Of a stretch of 64,000 nt of DNA, positions 1 through 7,756 are shown in pieces. Both the position numbers and the translations under genes were made by a program. The stretch is from an uncultured Erysipelotrichaceae bacterium (GTDB lineage: Bacteria; Bacillota_I; Bacilli_A; RF39; UBA660): NCBI GenBank assembly GCA_902767245.1, contig CACXGO010000029.1:31598-95597 (forward strand). Direction: 5' to 3'. Every line of letters starts with the position of its first letter. Positions within the stretch are counted from its first letter, which is position 1. The notes under the pieces were generated by a model. That model saw only the letters and a program-made list of their open reading frames with translations. It ran no database searches and was not told where the DNA came from.

Positions 1-151
1 AAAATGAATCTTTCCCACCTGATATACAAACCATAATATGATCATTTTCTTTAATAAGCTCATATTCTTGAACAGCTTTAATAAATCTTGACCATATTTC
101 TTTACGAAATTTTTTAATAATTGTTCTTTCAATTTCTTGATATCTTTCCAT
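1..151 (-). CDS. N-terminal fragment of a PP-loop ATPase (TtcA/TilS-like tRNA thiolation family); the gene continues beyond the window start
   Basis: Reverse strand reads MERYQEIERTIIKKFRKEIWSRFIKAVQEYELIKENDHIMVCISGGKDSF with the SGGKDS PP-loop. GGAG RBS sits before the ATG at ~151. Confidence 0.5.
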   Translation of the reverse strand, partial: MERYQEIERTIIKKFRKEIWSRFIKAVQEYELIKENDHIMVCISGGKDSF

Positions 152-237
152 AAATACTCCTTGATACATATATTATAATATATTTTTTCTATTTTTTATT
201 AAAAAATTGATGATTAATTTCATCAATTTCTATTTGA

Positions 238-1122
238 TTAATGATGGTGGTGATGATGCTCTTCACTTTTTAAATGTACGTGACATTCTTTATCCTCGCA
301 AACTTCATCTTCTGTTTCCAATATTGCATGACATATATTATATTCTTCTAGTTCTTCTCTAATTTCTTTTTTGATTTTATTTATATCTTTAGATTTAGAT
401 ACTATATGCATAGTTGCATAGTTATTATATCCATCAATACTCCATACATGAATATGATGGATGTCCTCTACACCTTCTATTTCAAGCAAATGTTCTTCTA
501 ATTCCTTTATATTTATGCCTTCTGGAGTTTTTTCTAAAAATAAATCTAATACTTTTTTTAAATTTTTTAAAGAACTAATTAATATAAATATTGCAACTCC
601 TATACTCATGATAGGATCTATAATTTTAATATCAGTAAAATTCATTATTATTGCTCCAATTAATACAATTACCCAGCCTAGTACATCTTCAAGCATATGT
701 AAATTAACTGCTTTTTGATTAATAGAATCTCCTTCTCTAGTCACAAATGCTGCCATGAAATTCAATATAACACCTATAATTGCTAGAATAATCATACCAC
801 TATAATTAACTTCTACTGGATTAAATAATCTCTTAACTGCACCTATTATTACTAATATTGAACCAATTAATAGTATAGTAGTAGTTATTACTCCTCCTAA
901 TACTGAATATCTAATATAACCATATGTATACTTATTATCTGCATGCTTTTTGCTTTTTCTTTCCATAAAGTATGACACACCTATTGAAAAAGCATCACCT
1001 AAGTCATGAATTGAATCAGATAAAATTGATATTGAATTAGTAAATATCCCTCCAAAAAATTCAAATATGGCAAACACTATATTCAAAATAAAAGCGATTA
1101 ATATGTTTTTTTCGGTTTTCAT
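238..1122 (-). CDS. czcD: Cation diffusion facilitator (CDF) family metal efflux transporter with a C-terminal His6 tail
   Basis: 294 aa with six TM helices, the HDLGD motif typical of CDF proteins, and a C-terminal HHHHHH. Confidence 0.85.
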   Translation of the reverse strand: MKTEKNILIAFILNIVFAIFEFFGGIFTNSISILSDSIHDLGDAFSIGVSYFMERKSKKHADNKYTYGYIRYSVLGGVITTTILLIGSILVIIGAVKRLFNPVEVNYSGMIILAIIGVILNFMAAFVTREGDSINQKAVNLHMLEDVLGWVIVLIGAIIMNFTDIKIIDPIMSIGVAIFILISSLKNLKKVLDLFLEKTPEGINIKELEEHLLEIEGVEDIHHIHVWSIDGYNNYATMHIVSKSKDINKIKKEIREELEEYNICHAILETEDEVCEDKECHVHLKSEEHHHHHH

Positions 1123-1190
1123 TTATTTCACCTCAATTATAATTATATCACGAAAAAAGAGAATTTTATTGCAATTCCCTTATGTGAATA

Positions 1191-1814
1191 TTATTTGATT
1201 AATTCAGAAGCAAACTTAAGGTCAATATACAGATCTCTATCATTTACTATTTTTTCTAAATCATTTGGATGAATTTTTTTAATATCATTTAATGTTAATT
1301 TGTAATTTTTTAAGATTTCATTTGCCTCATCTATTATTGAATTAGCTAATAAAGAATAAGTTTTTTTATTTAACACTTCATATGGCTCATAATTCTTATC
1401 ATAAAAACTATCTCTTACATAAAAAATTATATTAATTTTTTCATGAAAAGTTAATTTTTTTAAATAATCTTTAGTCGTATTACTTTCAACTGCTTTGTTT
1501 AACAACGATATTTCCATAGTCATACTATCTATTACTGAATCAATAAAATTAGCATATTCATTATCATTATTTTCAAGTGCAATATTTCTACGAATTATTA
1601 GACAAAATCTTAACTCATGATCTTTATATTTTTCAAGTAAATCTGATTTATTAATGCAAGAATAAAAACTTTGTCTATGATCTAAATACATTTTTTCTTC
1701 TATTTTTTTATTTGCCTCAAAAACTATTTTATCCATAACATCCTCTCCTGTCAAAATTATAACATAAAAAGCCCACTTTAATTCATGGACTTTCACTTTT
1801 TGGCAATTATTCAA
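1191..1814 (-). CDS. Hypothetical protein (likely starts at internal MDKIVFEANKK, ~1736)
   Basis: Long ORF with no recognisable motif. The N-terminal 26 aa of the track ORF look non-coding. Confidence 0.35.
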   Translation of the reverse strand: MNNCQKVKVHELKWAFYVIILTGEDVMDKIVFEANKKIEEKMYLDHRQSFYSCINKSDLLEKYKDHELRFCLIIRRNIALENNDNEYANFIDSVIDSMTMEISLLNKAVESNTTKDYLKKLTFHEKINIIFYVRDSFYDKNYEPYEVLNKKTYSLLANSIIDEANEILKNYKLTLNDIKKIHPNDLEKIVNDRDLYIDLKFASELIK

Positions 1815-1840
1815 CTTTTAATATTTATAATAATCTAATA

Positions 1841-2332
1841 CTAAAATCTTTTTGAAGTATTTCGTGCCACAAATTGAGGCTTTTTATTTGAAATAAATTT
1901 CAAGATGAAATTATTTATACTTTCTTTATTTTGCTTATAATCTAGTAAACTATAATAAATATATTTTTTTATTTTGTATTCTTTTCTAAATGATTCATCA
2001 CTATATAGAAGATTTCTTAAATGAATAGGTAAATCTAATAATCTCTTAGCATATGTTTCTAATAAATCATGAGTTTCTTTAATTTTAAAATTTAACCCTT
2101 GCTCATCTAATTTTGATACATCATCAAAATCAAGAATATCTTCTCTATTTCTAATATATTCAATACTTCGTGAATCATTTAAAACTACCATTTCCCCATC
2201 TTCATATACTTTTTTGTCCATTACAAAATATGATGGAACAGCGTACCTAGTTATATCAATAAAATCTACATAACAAACATTATCTCTAAAAACTTTCATA
2301 TAGCACCTCTTTAACAGAAATTTATTATACAC
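1841..2332 (-). CDS. Hypothetical protein
   Basis: 163 aa ORF with no recognisable motif. Confidence 0.35.
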   Translation of the reverse strand: MYNKFLLKRCYMKVFRDNVCYVDFIDITRYAVPSYFVMDKKVYEDGEMVVLNDSRSIEYIRNREDILDFDDVSKLDEQGLNFKIKETHDLLETYAKRLLDLPIHLRNLLYSDESFRKEYKIKKYIYYSLLDYKQNKESINNFILKFISNKKPQFVARNTSKRF

Positions 2333-2408
2333 TAAACGCTTTATTATTGCAAAAAAATTCGTTATTTAAGCAATTTAAAAAAGTTCTTTTAAGAACTTTT
2401 AATTGATT

Positions 2409-2485
2409 TGGTAACCCGTATGGGTTTTGAACCCATGAATACCACCTTGAGAGGGTGGCGTGTTAAACCACTTCACCAACGGGTC
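2409..2485 (-). tRNA. tRNA-Glu, anticodon CUC (77 nt, CCA encoded)
   Basis: Reverse complement folds as a cloverleaf: acceptor GACCCGT/ACGGGTT, anticodon stem CCACC/GGTGG, loop CUCUCAA, T-arm ATGGG-TTCAAAA-CCCAT, discriminator A, 3' CCA. The track ORF 2408..2698 (+) is an artefact over this tRNA. Confidence 0.75.
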
Positions 2486-2526
2486 ATTTGCACATTAATA
2501 ATATCACATAAAAAAAAAGAAAGCAA

Positions 2527-4164
2527 TTATTTATTACTTTCTTCAAAAAAATTAATTCTTTTTATGATTCTTTCTTTACCTAAATTTTTTAGAATTTCAT
2601 ATAAATCTGGTGTCATTGTTAAACTTGTTACAGCTACTCTAATTGCTTCACAAATGTCTCCAATTGAACCAACGTATTTTTCTGGTTCTTGTTTATAAGC
2701 TTTTGTTTCAGCGGCATAACCATATTTTGGTGCAAGTTCTTTTATTTTATTAAACCATTCTTCTTTTGAGTCAGATTCATTATAATAATTATTTACATAA
2801 TCTTTTAAAAGTTCAATATTATATTTTTTTTCAAGATTAAATTTAGCTTCTTTAAAATATAGCTCATCAAACATATACCAAGTGAATTTTCTAACATCTT
2901 CATATGCTGAAATATCTCTTCTTGGGCGTGGTATTTCTCTTTCAATATTTAAAACATTAATCATATATTCTTTGTATTTTTTCAATAATTCATGAAATTC
3001 TAAATCGTATTTTTCTGTATATTCTAATACACCTTCATATAATTTGGAAGCTTTAAGTGCACTAAAATATACTTTAGAAATACTTATAAGTTTTTGAATA
3101 TCAAACAAAGTTCCACCAATTGGGCACTTATCAAATTCAAATTCAAAATCATTTATTCCTTTATCAGGATTTTGCAAATACCACGATTCAAAAGTTGAAT
3201 TATTTATAGTTGCAAGATAAAGATCAATAACTTCGGTTGGAATTCCCTTTTGATGATAGTAACTTACTGCAGCCCATGGATCTTTACGTTTTGATATTTT
3301 TCTAACAGTATTTCCTTCTTTTACTGTCAAAGGTGAAATATGGGCATATGCTGGCATTTCAAAACCCAAAACTTTAAACAATTGTTCATGAACATTCCAA
3401 GAAGAAACCCATTCATCACCACGAATTACATTAGTTGTATGCATCAAATGGTCATCAACTGCATGAGCAAAATGATATGTTGGTAAATTGTCAGATTTTA
3501 AAATAACAATGTCCATATCATTTTCAGGCATTTCAATATTACCTTTTATTAAATCATGTAAAACTACTTTATTATTAAAATTGCCTGGGGATTTAAGACG
3601 AATTATGTATTTTTCACCATTTTTAACTTTTTCAATTGCTTCTTCCATAGTTAATGAACGACATTTTGCCCATGTACCATAGTAACCAATTCTTGCTTTT
3701 TCAAGTTCCTGAATGTTTCTTGTTTCTTCTAATTCTTCAGGTGTACAAAAACATGGATATGCTTTATCTTCCTCTATTAATTTTCGAACATAAGCGCGAT
3801 AAATGTCACCTCTTTCACTTTGAACATAAGGGCCATAATTTCCTCCAAAAGAAGGTCCTTCATTAAAGTTGATACCCAAATTTTTAAAGTCGTTAACAAT
3901 TCCTTCAATTCCATTTTCAACTTCACGCTTTTGATCAGTATCTTCAATACGTAACATTGCAATTCCATTAGTTTGTCTTGCCATAACTAAATCTACAAAT
4001 GAAGCATATAAACTCCCCATATGAACAAAGCCTGTTGGACTTGGGGCAAATCTAGTTACCATTTCTCCTACTTTTAAATCTCTTTTTGGATATTTTTCTT
4101 CATAATAATTAACATCATGCTCTACATTTGGTACAAGTAATTCACTATATTCTTTTCTTGTCAT
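2527..4164 (-). CDS. gltX: Glutamyl-tRNA synthetase
   Basis: RFAPSPTGFVHMG HIGH-region, KISKRK KMSKS-region, and the CFCTPEELE motif typical of bacterial GluRS. Confidence 0.9.
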   Translation of the reverse strand: MTRKEYSELLVPNVEHDVNYYEEKYPKRDLKVGEMVTRFAPSPTGFVHMGSLYASFVDLVMARQTNGIAMLRIEDTDQKREVENGIEGIVNDFKNLGINFNEGPSFGGNYGPYVQSERGDIYRAYVRKLIEEDKAYPCFCTPEELEETRNIQELEKARIGYYGTWAKCRSLTMEEAIEKVKNGEKYIIRLKSPGNFNNKVVLHDLIKGNIEMPENDMDIVILKSDNLPTYHFAHAVDDHLMHTTNVIRGDEWVSSWNVHEQLFKVLGFEMPAYAHISPLTVKEGNTVRKISKRKDPWAAVSYYHQKGIPTEVIDLYLATINNSTFESWYLQNPDKGINDFEFEFDKCPIGGTLFDIQKLISISKVYFSALKASKLYEGVLEYTEKYDLEFHELLKKYKEYMINVLNIEREIPRPRRDISAYEDVRKFTWYMFDELYFKEAKFNLEKKYNIELLKDYVNNYYNESDSKEEWFNKIKELAPKYGYAAETKAYKQEPEKYVGSIGDICEAIRVAVTSLTMTPDLYEILKNLGKERIIKRINFFEESNK

Positions 4165-4165
4165 A

Positions 4166-4335
4166 AAATCATTCCTTTCTAAAATAAAAAAACTCTATCC
4201 TGTTTAAGGACGAGTTTTCCCGTGGTACCACCTTATTTTATAGTATTGCTACTACCTTAATATCGTTAACGCCGATAAACAATAAGCTCTAAAGTTTCTT
4301 CAAAATGACTATTTATTAATTTCCATCAAACATTA
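4166..4335 (-). promoter_or_regulatory. T-box riboswitch leader of gltX, with terminator/antiterminator
   Basis: Reverse strand contains AAGGTGGTACCACGGG (T-box consensus AGGGTGGNACCGCG; its UGGU is complementary to the ACCA end of the adjacent tRNA-Glu). A hairpin CTCGTCCTTAAACAGGATAGAG plus U-tract follows immediately before the gltX RBS. Confidence 0.55.
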
Positions 4336-4379
4336 ACTTTCTATAAAATAGTTTAATTTTTACTCTTCTTTTTCACTGC

Positions 4380-4823
4380 TTATAAATTTTCTAAATTTTT
4401 CTTTATAATTGAGTTTACTAAACTCATATCTGCTTTTCCTTTTACTAAAGGTGCAATTTCTCTCATTATCTTGCCAATATCACTAGGTCCAGTTGGATTT
4501 ACCTTTGCAAAAACTTCTTTAACAAGTTTTTCAATTTCGGTTTCTTCCATCATTTTTGGCATATATACATTTAATACTTCAATTTCCTTATTATTTTGTT
4601 CTACTAAATCAGTTCTGCCTGCTTTTTCAAATTCAACATTTGCTTCTTTTCTTGTTTTAATTTGTTTAGACAAAATAGAAACTAATTCAGCATCTTCTAA
4701 ACTTCTTCCTTTTGCTATTTCATCCATTTGAATAGCGGCTTTAACCATTCTAATTACGGCCAACTTTGTCTTATCTTGACTTTTCATTGCCGCTTTTAAA
4801 TCTTCCATTAATCTTTCTTTCAT
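4380..4823 (-). CDS. yqeY: GatB/YqeY domain protein
   Basis: 147 aa, typical YqeY-like sequence and the usual position upstream of rpsU. Confidence 0.8.
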   Translation of the reverse strand: MKERLMEDLKAAMKSQDKTKLAVIRMVKAAIQMDEIAKGRSLEDAELVSILSKQIKTRKEANVEFEKAGRTDLVEQNNKEIEVLNVYMPKMMEETEIEKLVKEVFAKVNPTGPSDIGKIMREIAPLVKGKADMSLVNSIIKKNLENL

Positions 4824-4847
4824 ATTATTCTCCTAAAATTAAAGAGC

Positions 4848-5048
4848 TTATCCAGCTCTATTGTATGAACGTTCCTTACGACGACTGTTCTTAATAGCTT
4901 CTTTCTTAGCATTTCGTCTTTTCTCGCCCGGTTTCATGTATGATTCTCTTTTTTTTACTTCTTTAAGGAGGCCATCTTTAATATTTTTTTGTTTAAATGT
5001 ACGTAAAGCACTTTCAACATTTCCGTTTCTTACAACTACTTTTGTCAT
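4848..5048 (-). CDS. rpsU: 30S ribosomal protein S21
   Basis: MTKVVVRNGNVESALRTFKQK...RRKERSYNRAG. The true ATG at 5048 is preceded by a GGAGGG RBS; the track's 95 aa ORF carries a spurious N-terminal extension. Confidence 0.85.
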   Translation of the reverse strand: MTKVVVRNGNVESALRTFKQKNIKDGLLKEVKKRESYMKPGEKRRNAKKEAIKNSRRKERSYNRAG

Positions 5049-5140
5049 TAAAATCCCTCCCTTCTCGGCTATCAAAATTATATCACTCTTGACTTTTTTT
5101 GACAACATTTTTTTGAAAAATAAGCAAAAAATCATTATTT

Positions 5141-6364
5141 TTATCTTTGAATATTAACTTTTGTTCCCACATGGCAATGATCATAGGTAAAAGATGCATC
5201 TTTTAAAGCCATACTTATACATCCATGACTTTTAGGTGTACCCATCTTTCTATTTTCTATATCATGAATCCCAATATTACCACTAATTTGCATCCAATAG
5301 TTAACCCAGACTTCATAATCAGGCCCTATTAAATAACAACCTGGAGTCTTACATTCTATTTTATATAATCCTATTGGTGTTGGCGAGGAAGATTTTCCTG
5401 TACTGACCAAAGTACATAAAATAATTTCATTATTTTGATAAAGTTTAAATTTTTGTTCTGAAAGATCAATAATAATACAAGGATCACCTAATGATTTAAC
5501 TTCATCTTTTAAAACATAACCAACTTCTTGCCCAACTTTTACTAAATAATATCTGTTTACTTCAGCTAATACCTCTGCTGATTCATAGACTTCTAAATTT
5601 TTAATTCTACTACTTGATGAATTTGGTTTTTGAAGTAAAAATGAATTATTTTTCATCGAAACAATTTTTTGAATTTTTAAATCTTTTATTTCAGGATAAG
5701 TACTTTCAATTTTACTTCTTAAAGACTTTGTATATTGACTACATACATATCCAATACACCCATTATATTTAGCTAAATACCAATCATTATTAGTTCTACC
5801 AAAAACTTCAATTTCGGAGTTTTTAGGAATGAGCATTATTTTATTATAATCATTTACTTCAGGTGATAATCTAAAATTTACACCTGTAGTGGCATACACT
5901 ATATCTAAATCTTCAACATAACTATATAATGAATCACCTATATAATCTACGTCCAAAAATTCTGATTTAATGAAACAAAGCATTCGCCCCACCAATACTA
6001 ATGACCAATCTTTATATTCGGCAACACAAGTACATTTGTCACCTTTATTTAATTGACCTAAAACTAGAGATTTAGTATTTGTATCAAGACGCATATTAAC
6101 ATTATTTGCATTAACAATTTTACTCACATTACATGCCTTTAAATTACCTGTTTGTAATACACTAGGAGCAATGGTAGCAACTGGTACTTCTAACTTTGTA
6201 GAACTTGGTACTGGTTTATATTCAGTTGCCTTTAAATATAATACCGTACTATCAGGATTAACTATTTTATTATTTTGTTTTGGTTCATTTTTAGTACAAC
6301 CCGTTAGTCCACCAAACATAGCAAGTAAAAATGCAGCAATTTTTTTGTTTTTCAATTTCAACAT
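5141..6364 (-). CDS. Lipoprotein with SH3b-like repeats and a C-terminal L,D-transpeptidase (YkuD) catalytic domain
   Basis: Signal peptide with lipobox LTGC. C-terminal ...GIHDIENRKMGTPKSHGCISM carries the H...GC catalytic motif of L,D-transpeptidases. Confidence 0.7.
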   Translation of the reverse strand: MLKLKNKKIAAFLLAMFGGLTGCTKNEPKQNNKIVNPDSTVLYLKATEYKPVPSSTKLEVPVATIAPSVLQTGNLKACNVSKIVNANNVNMRLDTNTKSLVLGQLNKGDKCTCVAEYKDWSLVLVGRMLCFIKSEFLDVDYIGDSLYSYVEDLDIVYATTGVNFRLSPEVNDYNKIMLIPKNSEIEVFGRTNNDWYLAKYNGCIGYVCSQYTKSLRSKIESTYPEIKDLKIQKIVSMKNNSFLLQKPNSSSSRIKNLEVYESAEVLAEVNRYYLVKVGQEVGYVLKDEVKSLGDPCIIIDLSEQKFKLYQNNEIILCTLVSTGKSSSPTPIGLYKIECKTPGCYLIGPDYEVWVNYWMQISGNIGIHDIENRKMGTPKSHGCISMALKDASFTYDHCHVGTKVNIQR

Positions 6365-6404
6365 AAAACAACCCTTCAAATAAGATTTATTATATGCCCT
6401 AAAA

Positions 6405-6438
6405 AAAGTTTGTCAATAAAAAAAGAGCTGCTGCTCTT
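6405..6438 (-). terminator. Rho-independent terminator of rubrerythrin
   Basis: AAAGAGCAGCAGCTCTTT hairpin directly after the stop, followed by a U-tract on the minus strand. Confidence 0.6.
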
Positions 6439-6978
6439 TTAATAATTCAATGCCTTAACTTCAAAATATGATTGTGGATGAGCACAAACTGGACATATTG
6501 CTGGTGCTTTTTTACCAACTACAATGTGTCCACAATTTCGACATATCCATATGCATTCTTCATCCTTTGAGAATACTACTTCATCATTAATATTTTTTAA
6601 TAATTTACGATATCTTTCTTCGTGTTCTTTTTCGATTGCCCCAACCATTCTAAATTTTGCGGCAATTTCATTGAACCCTTCCTCTTCAGCTTCCAATGCC
6701 ATTCTTTCATACATATCTGTCCATTCAAAATTTTCACCATTAGCTGCTGCTTCTAAATTTGATTTTGTATCTTTTACAGCTCCACCTTCTAAATATTTAA
6801 ACCACATTTTTGCATGTTCTTTTTCATTATTAGCTGTCTCTTCAAAAATAGCTGCAATTTGTTCATAACCATCTTTTTTAGCTTTACTTGCAAAATATGT
6901 GTATTTATTTCGTGCACAAGATTCACCAGCAAAAGCTTCCATTAAATTTTTTTCTGTTTTTGATCCTTTTAATTCCAT
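6439..6978 (-). CDS. rbr: Rubrerythrin
   Basis: Ferritin-like diiron domain ([10 protein letters not shown]) plus C-terminal rubredoxin CRNCGH...CPVCAHP. Confidence 0.9.
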   Translation of the reverse strand: MELKGSKTEKNLMEAFAGESCARNKYTYFASKAKKDGYEQIAAIFEETANNEKEHAKMWFKYLEGGAVKDTKSNLEAAANGENFEWTDMYERMALEAEEEGFNEIAAKFRMVGAIEKEHEERYRKLLKNINDEVVFSKDEECIWICRNCGHIVVGKKAPAICPVCAHPQSYFEVKALNY

Positions 6979-7037
6979 ACTACACTCTCCTTTTAATAAT
7001 TTTATTTTATCACAATTTTATAAAATAAAGCAATCAT

Positions 7038-7062
7038 AAAAGGAGATAAAAATCTCCTTTCG
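7038..7062 (-). terminator. Terminator at the end of the bacteriocin operon
   Basis: AAAGGAGAT-tttt-ATCTCCTTT hairpin immediately after the stop of peptide 2. Confidence 0.45.
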
Positions 7063-7227
7063 TTATCTAATAATACAACTTTTATTAGATGTTAATCTTC
7101 TTATTGCAGAACCACAAGCACGGCCAATATCCAAAATTGAATTAATGACTCTAGTAATAGCAGACATTAAAGTCCCAGAAATAGATCCAGCTACTACTTT
7201 TTTACATTCTTCATTTGATAAAATCAT
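7063..7227 (-). CDS. Class II bacteriocin-like prepeptide 2 (54 aa); double-glycine-type leader ending AG; not in the supplied ORF track
   Basis: Hand translation gives MILSNEECKKVVAG|SISGTLMSAITRVINSILDIGRACGSAIRRLTSNKSCIIR. The leader has hydrophobics at -4, -7, -12 and E at -8, matching double-glycine leaders. The ATG overlaps the TGA of peptide 1 (ATGA), implying translational coupling. Mature part is cationic and amphipathic with 2 Cys. Confidence 0.5.
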   Translation of the reverse strand: MILSNEECKKVVAGSISGTLMSAITRVINSILDIGRACGSAIRRLTSNKSCIIR

Positions 7228-7367
7228 TGACGACACTTTGATGGATTAGTATATCCATCTATAACTCCTACAAAAAATGTGATAATGCCGCCAATAAGTC
7301 CTACAATTCCCCAGTGAATTGCTCCTGCTTTCATACTTTTTAATTCACTAGTTTTGATTTCCTTCAT
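7224..7367 (-). CDS. Class II bacteriocin-like prepeptide 1 (47 aa from the internal ATG; track ORF starts 14 codons upstream)
   Basis: MKEIKTSELKSMKAG|AIHWGIVGLIGGIITFFVGVIDGYTNPSKCRQ. The leader fits the double-glycine consensus (M-15, I-12, E-8, L-7, M-4, AG). An AAGGAG RBS lies 8 nt upstream. The mature peptide is GxxxG-rich and hydrophobic, as in class IIb peptides. Confidence 0.55.
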   Translation of the reverse strand: MKEIKTSELKSMKAGAIHWGIVGLIGGIITFFVGVIDGYTNPSKCRQ

Positions 7368-7756
7368 TAAATCACTCCTTTCATATATTTTTGATATAAA
7401 TAATCCCATATATTAGTTTCTTTACCCAGCCCAATATGTAATTCCAAAATATATTTTGATTTATCATAATCAAAATTTATCTTAACATTCCTTTTTAAAG
7501 TATTTTCGTGCAAAATATAATTACTTGAAACTTCTACTATCTTATAATCTTGAATGCTTTTGTCATATTTTAATTTATAGTTTAAATTAGTTATTTCTTG
7601 ATCAGTTAAAAAAATATTAACATAGCTTTCATTTACTTCTCCATATATTAACTTATATGGTTGATATGAGAAAAAAAATAAAGATAATAAAACAAGAAAT
7701 AAAATAATAAATGCTATTAAAAACAAATTGGTGACTCTATTTTCAATATAAGACAT
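7367..7756 (-). CDS. Small membrane-anchored protein in the bacteriocin operon (putative accessory or immunity protein)
   Basis: 129 aa with one N-terminal TM helix and a soluble domain. Its stop overlaps the peptide 1 start and its start overlaps the ABC transporter end. Confidence 0.4.
   Translation of the reverse strand: MSYIENRVTNLFLIAFIILFLVLLSLFFFSYQPYKLIYGEVNESYVNIFLTDQEITNLNYKLKYDKSIQDYKIVEVSSNYILHENTLKRNVKINFDYDKSKYILELHIGLGKETNIWDYLYQKYMKGVI

Noticed and set aside
461-718. Plus-strand 85 aa ORF inside the CDF transporter gene; similarly 3488..3682, 3654..3866, 3777..3968, 4471..4731, 4861..5157, 6171..6383, 6524..6868, 12243..12437, 12585..12818, 14395..14652, 15118..15369, 18373..18561, 19273..19560, 23081..23266, 24786..24980, 25287..25520, 25927..26133, 28763..29129, 30665..30913, 31322..31504, 36358..36597, 36721..36915, 37081..37266, 38049..38351, 38824..39024, 39776..39982, 40858..41193, 42015..42583, 45954..46394, 46748..47131, 56941..57138, 55976..56161, 60140..60388, 61505..61699, 62777..62965
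   Set aside because: These are antisense or overlapping shadow ORFs inside well-supported conserved genes, with low-complexity AT-codon composition and no motifs. They are typical artefacts of AT-rich DNA.
2408-2698. Track ORF (96 aa, plus strand) starting MVTRMGFEPMNTTLRGWR
   Set aside because: It is the reverse-strand reading of the tRNA-Glu gene and the gltX 3' end, so it is not a real CDS.
4848-5135. 95 aa version of rpsU with an N-terminal extension (MIFCLFFKKMLSKK...)
   Set aside because: S21 is ~58-66 aa. The internal ATG at 5048 has a GGAGGG RBS and gives the canonical MTKVVVRNGN N-terminus, so the extension is untranslated leader.
6985-7035. AT-only inverted repeat TTTATTTTAT...ATAAAATAAA upstream of rubrerythrin, considered as a PerR/Rex-type operator
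   Set aside because: The arms are pure A/T in a ~25% GC genome, where such palindromes occur by chance. It does not match the PerR box (TTATAATNATTATAA) or the Rex box (TTGTGAA...TTCACAA) convincingly.
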